Source: Jimgerdemannia flammicorona
Lineage: Eukaryota
Assembly: GCA_003990765.1 (NCBI GenBank)
Contig: RBNJ01000154.1
Coordinates: 1-38,821, forward strand
Length of the DNA stretch: 38,821 bases
Direction of reading: 5' to 3'
Positions 23,975 through 34,754 of the stretch are shown here, piece after piece (within the stretch, counting starts at the first letter, position 1; each line of letters opens with the position of its first letter). The notes below the pieces were generated by a model, which had not been told where the DNA came from, did not search any database, and saw only the letters and a program-made list of their open reading frames with translations. Both the position numbers and the translations under genes were made by a program.

Positions 23975-25797
23975 ATGGACCAGCTCAACACTAAATTCAT
24001 CGTGAAAAAGCCTACCAAGTCGGATGATGAGGATAGCTTTCCGCCGCCGCCACCGGTCGGCACGCCACCGGAATTTACTTCGATGGATGGAAGGAGGTAT
24101 AATAGTAAGGGCAATGCTTCGTATGTCCTGCCGAACGACAACATCGAGTATGCTCGCCTGAACTCGCAACATTACCAGGTACGTGTTTGTAAATGATAAA
24201 TTGTTGCAAGGCAAACAAACTTTCGGCCCACTAACAACCACCTATTATTAACACTAGTGGAGGTAGGCTCGCCTTAGATGCAGTTTGGCATCACCGAGTT
24301 TGGGCTAAAGATTCAAACTTACTGTTGACCTTCTTCTCCCCTCATGCCGCCTTCCAGATATTTATTTCAGGGGTAAGTCGAACCGTTTGATCATCAAGGG
24401 GTTGAACGCCGTTAATGATAGAAACAGACTGTTCATATTTCGTATCTTCAACAGAAGTTTCAATTCCCCGATGACAGAAGAACTTAAGAAAGGTATCAAG
24501 GTCCTCGACGTTGGGTAAGCACCGCACAAAACTTTTGTCTTGTCCAACCCATCTGACTCTGACAATCCTTGACGAAGCTAATACTGATACCTTATTTTCT
24601 CACTAGTTGCGGAACTGGTGTATGGTGTGTGGTAGGTCTGACCGTTTTCGCAACATGCATCTATAACTGGGATGGCAACCCGGTTGGAATATGCACTTCG
24701 CCAATACCGCGCATCCTCCCAACGTGATCCAGAAACAAGAATCAACGGCGGGAGGATGACGGCGATTATCGCCAAGATGCATTTTTTTTTTATTTTTTTT
24801 ATTTTTTATTTTTTTTTCGTTATCAACGCCAGATGCATGGATGGGTCTTTAATATACGTTTCTCCCGATCAAAACAATAGGAAATGGCGACCGAATTTCA
24901 GGAGTCCAGCTTTATTGGCACGGATATCACCGAAGTCGTCGCGGCAACCCCTCTCGTCCCGTCCAACTGCAGCTTCATTCAGGCCGACACGCAGAAGGGA
25001 CTACCTTTCGAGGAGAACACATTCGACTTTGTGTTCATGAGGGCACAAACGCTGTGCTACCCCGAGAAAATTTGGCCGGACGTCATCAAGGAACTGGCGA
25101 GGGTGGCGAAAGTGAATGGCATGGTCGAGATCTGTGAGTATGCGTGGATGATTGACGACCGTCGTTTGCGATGCTTGAACGATATAAGGGTTCGCGTACT
25201 AATGCACTGTGCGGCTCGCTATTCTGGTAGTTGATACAACCCTGACTGTCCGTGATGGCGGACCATCCTTTACGACGCTAATAAACGAGTGGCGTACGTA
25301 TGCTACCATTGCATCTGATTGCTCTTGGCTATACAACGCCATTTTATCCTGGGGTACTTATCTCAAACACTACCATTTAGTCGCAACGGCCTTGAGGATG
25401 CGATATATCGATACAACTGTCACTGCGCGCCTAGAGCCAATGTTCGTATCGGCCGGCATCGGACCCGTCACGCATCTCTCCGCACAGTGGCCGCTCGGGT
25501 GGGACCCGACCAACACTCAATACACGAAAATGTCGAAGGAGGTGAGTAAATCGTTCGTTTCTGTACGGTCGAGAATGAACCCTAGATAATCATCACTAAC
25601 ATCGTGCGATCGCTCGTTAGAATGTCCTTTCGTTGCTGCAGGGCATCAAACCGCAGGTACTGGCCGCCCTGGGGATTGCCGACAAAGAATACACCGAACA
25701 CTTTGATAACGTGGAATTGGAATTCGGCGAGTACAAACCGCATTTTGACCTCGAGTTCTACTACGGAAGGAAAGACGACGCCTCGAAATCGTCCTAG
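23975..25797 (+). CDS. Class I SAM-dependent methyltransferase (fungal LaeA-like/Methyltransf_23/25 type), 9 exons, 320 aa. Exons 23975-24178, 24258-24262, 24358-24372, 24455-24514, 24607-24631, 24881-25133, 25231-25293, 25381-25541, 25621-25797
   Basis: YVLPND..E..RL..QHY, KVLDVGCGTGVW, EMATEF, LPFEENTFDFV and ELARVAK motifs are joined by GT-AG introns, several with CTAAC/CTAAT branch sites. Exon total is 963 nt, an open frame ending in TAG. AATAAA at ~26005. Confidence 0.9.
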
Positions 25798-26460
25798 GAC
25801 TTGTACCGGTTGGCTCTCTGAACCATCACACCCTTAGAAGCGATGAAGAATTGTTATTATATGGCCAATACCGGTTCCTTGGTGCCGCGTTGCTTTGACA
25901 TGGATGTGTGTATGCTGGTTTTCAGGGCAAGGACGACGCGTATGATATCATATGTTTATCTATGCAATCTTTGGCGTTTTCACTCCTGGCTCGACCGGGT
26001 TTTAAATAAATATCACACTACTTATGAGAGCTCTGAATCAACCTCCCAAATCAAATTGAAGGGCTTTGCTCAGAACAACAATTGACCTTTGACTCCCTAG
26101 CTCTCTCTGCCATAACATTTACCCTCACCTTCTCGTGCGCTACGGAATCGAAACGTCGTTTACGGGAATACAGTGCGACCAATCTATTGTGACGTGTGAT
26201 ATCTGAATCCAATCCCCAATAGACCTTTCTTCTTTACGCAGGTTTATATTAAACTCTGGATTAATCCACAAATCTGAAGCCTGGCCTTTCTTCTTTAATG
26301 TGGATTTAAACTGACAACCCTTATAATAATCAGAACTTTAAATTAATCTTGAGATAACATAGGTGGTAGCAACCACCTCCCTTAAGTTTGGATCAATCTT
26401 TACAAGTGACGTTGACACGAAATTCCTAACGTCTCTCACGCTTCATGCTTTGCTCTACGT

Positions 26461-26515
26461 GCTTCGCCCTACACGCTTCGCCTTACGCGCTTCGCCCTAC
26501 ACACTTCGCCCTTCG
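26461..26515 (+). repeat. 14-bp tandem repeat (GCTTCGCCCTACAC) x ~3.7
   Basis: gcttcgccctacac gcttcgccttacgc gcttcgccctacac acttcgccct. Confidence 0.8.
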
Positions 26516-26544
26516 TTCTCTCATGCATCACGCTCTATTCCCTC

Positions 26545-26858
26545 ATGATGGCAACCATGTTCCCCTCACCACTCTGCAATGGCACCCCTTCACCTCTTCC
26601 TGAAGTCAATGATGTCAGTGCCAGTGCCGGTGCTGGTGCTGGTGCTGGTGCTGGTGCTCAAGTAGTCCAGTATACTGCTCTTCAGTTTGATGAGTACCTA
26701 GAGTTTAGTGCTGAGTCCAATGAGTAGGCTCAGGCAAGAAGAGAAACATATAATGAATTGTTACATATATCTACAAGCTACTGGAAATTCTAACTAATAG
26801 TCAAAGTTACTCAAAGTAGTATAAATATATATAGATATATTCAGTACATCATATTTAG
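26545..26858 (+). pseudogene. Decaying ORF of unknown identity with a (GGTGCT)5 repeat, cut by the family A LTR
   Basis: MMATMFPSP...AGAGAGAGAGA... continues in frame past TAG 26725 up to the LTR junction. CpG content is lost along it. Confidence 0.35.
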
Positions 26859-28431
26859 TATTATGTAGTGGGCACTGAGTTCTTCAAATATATCAGATTC
26901 TCTTCAAGGTATATCTCTTAGACTAACTACAAGTTTGTTATAAGCAAGTTCTTAATAGAGTGCCTTCCCAAGGTCTTATAGTCCTCAAACTTCTTATCTT
27001 TAAACTGTCTTGTTATCTCTTAGATTGCTTGTATAGAATTGATAGTAAGTGAACTGAGGGAACTGACTTTATTTTCAAGAAAATGAGAGGAATATTTATA
27101 CAAAATATAATTCAATAGTTGCTAAGATATAAAGCTAAATATAAATTCTAATAACCAAATAAATAAGATACTGAAGCACAGAAAACTTCAGTTGTAAGTA
27201 CAAATTTAAGTACTTGTACAAATGATTGCACAAGTTCAGAATGCTAGTAGATTTCAGTTATATAGGAAAAGGATGCCAGAAGATTTAGATATTCAGATAA
27301 ACAGTTATACAAAGAACTCAGAGCAGAATTTTCAAACCCTGGAAACTTCATCTTCATTACTACTAGAGGTCAGAATGTCTTTAAAGAAAATGAGGTTGGT
27401 GAACATTTTGTCTGTTTCACATATGTTGTATATTTCATATGCTTCATACATATGTATCACCAATTAGCAGGATGATATTATCATCAATAATATTATTATA
27501 TTCAGTGATGGCAGAGAGGAGGGTAAGGAGATCTGGAGCTCTCCAATTTATAATATTCTCTTCTACAAAATAAGGGACAAATGTGGGGTCTTGAGGAGAT
27601 CTAACCTGGATGCAGAGACCTTAGAATACTGAGATCAATTCTTGTAGGAATTGATCTGGATTATTTTGGAGAATGGGATTCCAGAACTCTTCTATCTCAT
27701 CACTATTGAGGGTGATAGTGGATTGAGCTTCTGTGGCTACTATGGCCTCTAGTATATTTGTGTGGCAGGCTAATAATTTCTTGAAGTCTGAGACTCTGGT
27801 ATACTCTAAGTTAGAGATCAACTAAGGTATATGCCTGAAGATATGATAGATCTTTTTGGCTACTCTTATTTCATGTACATTCATGGGGGTGGCATCTTGT
27901 ATCTTGGGGACTGATCTGAGGAAATTCCCAGCAGAGGAGGTTTTCTATTTCATACTCTTACTATATCTAGAGACATTCAGTAGTAATAGTGATCCTTGTT
28001 TTCATTTCACAGCAGTAGAGAATAAAGTGATAAGAGTCACTAGTACTCAGATTGAGGCTAGGAGTCCTTCTGGTATAGGTCTTTATAGCTCTTCTGATGT
28101 CTTGGAACATTCTTTCTTAGACTAAGAATCCTTGGTAATTTCTGGACCTTGAGGTTTAGTAAGTGGTAGACATTTCATTTATAGTGAGTCTTTGAGCTAT
28201 TTTGAGATTTGTGAGTCTTTTTTGAGTTACTGCTGCTGTGGTTCCTTAGTCCTTCTTTTATATTCCTTGAGATATCTATCTTGTGGTTGTGATGACTTAT
28301 AGTTAATCATTATTACTTATCTTATAGTCTGGGTAAGTTATGTCATATGATCTTCTTGTGCTCTGATCTAATGACTTGTAAGGAAAGACTGTCTTCTGTA
28401 ATGATGTCACTATTTTGAGGTCACTATTATA
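26859..28431 (-). repeat. 3' LTR of family A copy 2 (~1573 bp) containing the LTR-ORF relic 28173-27318
   Basis: Begins TATAATAGTGAC after the PPT and ends CTACATAATA (decayed TGTAACGGTGAC...CTACGTGACA). Confidence 0.85.
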
Positions 28432-31400
28432 TCTTCCTCCTAAATAAGGATCTTCTCTTGAACATCTTTATTCATTAGTCTAGTCTGAAAAATTTACTAA
28501 TCTTATAATCTCTGATAGAGGGTCAAAAAGTAATATTTATGGGCTAGTATCTTTTTTATATATTTTGGTATAATAGTGAAGGATTACTCCCTTTATACAG
28601 AGTAAGGGCCTAATTCTGATCTTAACTAATCAGTTAATAGTTTGAACTTCTCTGGCTTCAAAAGTCTCATGAATAAGTAGTTGCTGATATCATATCTCTT
28701 AGAGAATAGTCTAGACAGATTATCTGCTAGTTATGGGATATGCTGTTATAATTTGCAGACTAGAACCTCATGGGCAGTTATTATATTTTGCTTCTCTTAT
28801 ATAGGTTTATAGTACTTCTTGGGTCTGTTCCTATATATTATAGTAGGTAGTATAGTTCCTGAGAGTTTTCTAAGCTAGAAGATAGTCCTTTTGATATTTT
28901 GCACATAGAAGGGTCCTTCCTATTTAGGCTCTAGTTTTTGTGATCATGAGACTTTTACTATATTTCAATATAGTAGAACTTTTTCTCAGATTTGAATGGG
29001 TTCTAAAGGTCTTGTGATTCTTTTCCACATTCTTTCTTATTAGTACTTGTGACTTGATGATGTAATCTTCTGCCTTCTTCCTGATTTGATATAGTCTTTA
29101 GATTTTTGAGTCAATCTATCACTAAGTTAGGTCTAAATTTGTAACTGAGGTTCTATCAGAATCTTCTTCTCCAAAGAGTAGTTCTCTTGGAGTAAAGTGT
29201 GTGCTCTATGACTATATATCTCATAAGACAGAGAGAGTGGTTAGGAGGTAGTTATCCCAATTCTTATATATTTTTGAGATCTTGGCCAGAATGTTCTTGA
29301 GGATCTTATCGGTTCTTTCTATCTGTCCATTTTCTTGAGAGTGATATGCAGTAGTCTTTATGTACTGAATCTTATATTTCTGATACATTATCTCATGGAA
29401 TCTGTTGACAAATTCTGTGCCAAGATCTGTAGTAATTTACCTTGGTATCTTATAGTAGCAGATGATTTCTTGATACAGAAAGTCAGCAATAGAGAAAGTA
29501 TTGGCTTCTTGTAATACTCCTGCTTCTATCTATTTAGTAAAGAGATCTATAATAACTATGATATAGTAGTTTTCTGATAGAGTTACTAGTAGTAGTCTAA
29601 TGATGTCTATTGTGATATAGTGGAAGGAGATAGATTTGATTCTTAATGACCTGGATGTCTGGTCTTACTGATCTTATTTCTGTTTTTGGTACTTATTATA
29701 CTCTTTGACAAATTGGTATAGATATTCTTCCATCTTAGGCCATTACATAGTTCTTCTTACCTTATTATATATATTGGTTCCTTCTAGATATTCTTGTTCA
29801 TGTACTTCCTTCATTACTTGATACTTCTTATATTTGGGTATTATAAGCTTTCCTTCTTTTTTGAGTATAGTGTTATCTAGTTTAAATTATTTTCAAGTCT
29901 AATTGATAATAGTGATAGTCTAGGGTTTGAGGTGGTTGGGCATTTTCTGCTGCTCAAGATAGCTAATTAATCTATAGTATAGCTCCTTATTTATATTGAA
30001 TAGTCTTGATGGGGGTGTTTTGGGATATCCTTGAAAGTATATTAGTATTGGTATTAGTTCTTCCTAAGCAGTATTTGACAGTACAGTCATACTCTTGCAG
30101 TCTGTAGATCTATCTGATATATATTCCTTTGAGGTTCAGAGCGTAAAATAGCCAAACAAGAGCAGAATGGTCTGTTTGAATAGTAAAGTATTTTCCAGCT
30201 AGATAGTAGTGAAACTTGTCTACTGCCTAGACTACTGCTAAGTATTCTAGCTTGTATAACTTGTAGTTCTGTTCTGCTCCAGCTTATATAGGAGATGACA
30301 TATTCATGTCTATCTTTCTTCTGAGCTAGCACAGCTCCAAGTTCTATAGCTTGTATCTGTCTGCAGGATGAACTCTAGATTCTAATCTGGTCTTCTGAAG
30401 ATGGATACTTGGGTCAATCTGATCTTGAGTTCATTGAAGGTTTCTTGTCATTTCTTAATCCATTCAAACTTGGTCTCCTTCTTCAGTAGCTCATAAATAG
30501 GTACTACAATATTAGAGTATTCTTTGATAAATCTTTTATAGTAGGAGGCCAGTCTAAGGAAGGCATGGACTTTTATGGTTGTTCTTGGTCTTAGATAGGC
30601 TGCAATAGCCTCAATCTTCATAGAGTTTATATGAATTCCAGTCTGATTGATGATGTGTTCTAAAGGTAGGTAATTTCTTAAGCTGTAAACTTGCACTTCT
30701 TGGGCTTGATGTAGAGGCCATACTCCTTGAGCTTCTTGAGGGCTAGCTGTATGTGGTTGATATGTTCTATATAGTATTACTGAAGTTGATCATAGATAAG
30801 GAGCCATTTTCCAATTTTGTTACTGAAGACTCTATTCATTATTTGCTGAAAACTTACTGGGGCATTGCACATTCCAAATGGCATTTGCAGGTAGACATAG
30901 GTAGTATCAGATATGATAAAGGCTGATTTCTCACTAACATCTTGAGTGAGATCAATCTGATAGAAGTCTGAGAACAGATCCAAGATAGTGTAGTATTTGG
31001 CTTCACTTCTAAGGATAGTAAGGATTTCTTGAATATTTGATAAGAGCTGTCTATCCTTCTTGGTGATTGCATTGAGCTTTCTATAGTCAATATAGAGTCT
31101 TAGGGCAAACTCTTCAGACTTGCTTTCCTTCTTTAGAGTAAGGATAATGAGTGAAGTCCAGGGGCTGATAGCTTGCTTGATGATACTGACTTCTTCTATT
31201 TTCTTGAGTTCTGCTTGCAGCCATTCTCTGTAGGCAGGTGGTATAGGTCTGGCTTTCTGGTAAATAGGCTTAGTATCACCAGTATCAACTTCATGGTAGT
31301 ACTTGAGTTCTTAATTGTGGATATTCCTAAAGTCTGTAAGTACTTCTTCATTCTGGTGTAGAATCTTAAGAAGTTGTTCTTCTAGGGGAAAGTTTTCTTC

Positions 31401-33809
31401 AATGGTATATGTGTACTTGTTCTGATTCAGGTAATCTTGATAGTAGTATAGGCTCCTCTTCTAGTAGATCTAAAGCCTTATTCTTCTCTCTTAGTCTTGA
31501 TGAGTTTGATGGCTTCAGTGATCTTAGGCTTCTTAACTTCATGGATCAGCATCTGGCTAATTCTGTCATGCTTCTTGACTTTGAATAGAGTGGTGAGGTT
31601 ATAATTTCTAACTATAAGAAAGATCTCATCAGTATAATCAGAATCAATAACTCCTCCTTCAACTGAGATTTCACTCTTGGCCAGACTGCTTCTGGTCTTG
31701 ATAATTCTGACATAGTTCTCTGATAACTTGACTCCAATTCCAGTGCCAAGTAGAGTGGTGATCTGTGGTTCAAGAATAGCATCTTGGATGCTGGTAAGGT
31801 CTATTCCTATGGCTCCTTTAGTCTTATATTCTGAGATCTTAGCTTTAGGGTGAAACTTCTTGATCTTGAGAGTAATGTCTGATTCTTATTCCTCCTCATC
31901 ATTACTATCAGCTTGAAGCTCTGGGGACTGGTCATCTTCTTCAGCTTTTTTTTTTACTTTAGCAGCTTCTTGCTCATGCCTTTGTTGATGGATTTTTCTG
32001 ACTTCACTGATATAGGACCAGCAGTCATTCAGGTGTTTAGAGTAGTACATCTTAGCACTATGGGGATATCTTTTTTGAGGGGCATAGCCATCAATGATCT
32101 TGTTATACTACTGCTCATCTATGAGCTTGGTTGTCTTGCTCTTATTCTTATACACTGAGTACATGAAGACTTCTGTATCCTCTTCATCTCCTTCCTCTAT
32201 ATCTGATAGTACCTCTTTGTAGATATTGATAGAGACTTATACCTTTCTTCCTCTATAGTTGATCTGTATTTTCTGAGCATTGAGGTCAATGATGGTCTTG
32301 GCCTTGTGAAGTCATTGGTTACCAATGAGGATTTCATAGTTAGTGATACTTATAATGATTACATCTACTAAGATAGTAGCTCCTCCAATCTTAATGGAGA
32401 CTTCTCAGATCTTGTCTAGAGGGGTAGCTTATATATCATCTACTATAATATAGACAATTTTGGTGGATTTATCAATGTCCTAGCCTAGGTCATCAATTAT
32501 CTTCTTGCTCATGAGACATCTTCTAGCACTAGTATCAATAATAGTATCAAAGATATAATCTTCAATCTGGTATTAAATATAAGTTGAGGTCTTATGCTGA
32601 TCTTCAGATTCTTTACCTGAGTCTTCTTATTCATATTCTTATATATTGTGAGCTTCTATGATCTTGTACTCTTAGTTCTTAACAGTAGTTACAAGTCCTA
32701 CTCTCAACTGCTGTCTGATGGCAGGGACTTCTGCTAGTTGTCCAAAAGTAGCAATGATCTTCTGTTCCTTGAGATCCTTATAGATATCATACTGGTAGAT
32801 CCAGATCTTGTACAGCTTCTGTGCTTTCTTGCTTTTGCTTTTTTTTGAGACTGGAGTAGTACCTTCAATAATTTGGTGAGCAGCTTTATCTAACTCCATG
32901 TCTTGATCAATCTCCTCAGGTTGGGTCTTACTTTAAATAGTGATGGTTGAGGTCTTTTTTGGTCTTCCAACTGGCATGCTGTTGTACTTCTTATCATAGA
33001 GCTTAGCTGGTAGCTTCAGTAACAGGGTAGAATTCAGACTCCTCATAGTATTCTTCATTATCAGTATTACCAATCTCCTTAATGACTACAGTATTAGTTT
33101 GTTCTCTAGTTCTAGTAGCATTACTTAGTTGGGCTCTGTGCCTTGTTTTGGTCATGTAATTCTTTACATAGTGGCCTTCTTCTCCATATTTGAAGTATAT
33201 GATAGTGTATTCCTCTGTAGTAGCTGCAAACTTCTGCACTGGTCTCCTGTTAGTACTTTGTACTTCTCTAATAATATCACTAAAATGTATAGTCATCTTG
33301 GCAAACTGCTGTACAAGTTCCTCCACTGGGTCAGCTTTGGTTATCTTAGGGATAAGTGGGGATGGTTGTCTGTTGATGGCTGTGGTGGGTATAATACTGG
33401 TTGGCTTTAATGGCTCCATCTTAATGCCAGTTATTCTTTCTATTAAGTATTTAGCAGAGTATCTAGCAGTCTAATATCTCTGTGTAAAGACTACTTTCTG
33501 ATCAAGAGTCAGAGCAGCTAGGGTAGACTAGATTGCTAGAGCAATTTCATGATGAACTCCTTTTAGGAAGATTGAATCAGCTATCTGTTCTTTAAGGACA
33601 TTATCATAGCCAGCTAAGACAATCTGGTAGCAGATTTAGATATAGAATGAGTTGGGATCTTCACTGAGTCTCTAGTAGATATGTAGTATTGAGTTGATCT
33701 TTGAAAGCTTGCTTGATCTCTTCAGTATAATATGCAGTTCTGAGGAAGTTCTTTATATTGGCAAGTTTGGCTGCACTAGCATCAGTAATAGTGGCTATAT
33801 TGAACTTAT

Positions 33810-33811
<2 letters not shown>
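26859..33811 (-). mobile_element. Ty3/gypsy family A copy 2 (3' LTR to mid-gag), more decayed; gag cut by a LINE
   Basis: Collinear reverse complement of ~6990-13950: IN ~28798-29994, RT-RH ~29987-31300, dUTPase ~31465-31880 (EGGVIDSDYTDEI at 31621-31660), PR ~32250-32600, gag to 33811. Confidence 0.95.
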
Positions 33812-33812
<1 letters not shown>

Positions 33813-33846
<34 letters not shown>

Positions 33847-34585
33847 GTCTTATAAACTTTGCCATTTATTATCAATCTATCAAATATAATTACATTACTT
33901 CTTCCTACTACCCAATCCCCCTAGGGGGCCCCCTTCTTACTCTTTTATATTTGAATCTATCTTATCACCCACTACTCTAACTTTTCCCTCACTCTACCTA
34001 TAAATTTTCTCTACCAAATGATACTACTAACTATCCTGCAGACCTCATCCCAGCCACCAGCCCATCAAGATATCCTCTATCAACTCTTCTCACCTCAATA
34101 ACTACTCCTCTAAACTCAAATACTTTCTTTCCTTAAAAACAAATAACCAGTAACCCACTAGCCCCATCTATATTGCCAATATTCAATTCAAAGTAAGTCA
34201 CTCCTTCTCAATCTCTCTCACCAATCTATCCCTCAGATCCTCCCATTGACTCCTCTCATCAACTATTGCCTTATCTCTGCACTCCAGGCCCAGACTCTAT
34301 TCTAATCCCACTTCTCTCCAATATCTATCAACTGTCAACTGCTAGGCCAAACATTCTGTCCCAACTCTCTCTAGCACTCAACCCTATCACCAATATTGAA
34401 GTCTATTAGAGAGATGCTCTTCAATAATACTTGATCTCATCTCTACATCACTAGGCCTCAAGGCATCTCTCCTTCATCCCCCTGTTAGTGAATTTCAATA
34501 TAATGGGTTCCATCAACTACTCTCCACTAGGAGTCCTTATACTGCATATGCTCACTATTTGGAAGTTTAACCAAGAACAGTAAAT
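33813..34585 (-). mobile_element. 3' fragment of the same LINE family with a 31-nt poly(A) tail
   Basis: T31 at 33813-33843, then atagtc...tttattatcaatctat matching 9-45. Similarity continues, with an internal gap, to the equivalent of ~975. Confidence 0.88.
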
Positions 34586-34588
34586 CTC

Positions 34589-34754
34589 TGTTGTGAACTC
34601 AGAAGGAATAGGAAGGATGGGAGAAGAAGAATATTTATTGATCACCTAATGTTATGCACTTTTACACAATTATTGATGATGTCACCCCAACGTCACTGCA
34701 CCACAAATTATCTATATCAAGTGCTATATCGAGTTGTAACCTATAATCTCAACA
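34589..34754 (-). repeat. Copia 3' LTR (166 bp) preceded by a PPT (34755-34766)
   Basis: Minus strand starts TGTTGAG and ends CACAACA. Internal AATAAA. ATTGAGCAGGAG lies directly upstream. Confidence 0.8.

Larger units (their letters stand above)
23125..26560. other. CpG-rich island containing the host gene and its flanks
   Basis: CG dinucleotides are abundant here and nearly absent in 6000-23100 and 26700-34600. Confidence 0.85.

Noticed and set aside
23837..24775. Minus-strand ORFs overlapping the methyltransferase
   Set aside because: They cross exon/intron boundaries of the plus-strand gene and have no motifs.
25294..25380. In-frame 87-nt read-through as coding sequence
   Set aside because: Canonical GTACGT...TTTAG ends and size match the other introns. 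Retention cannot be shown without cDNA.
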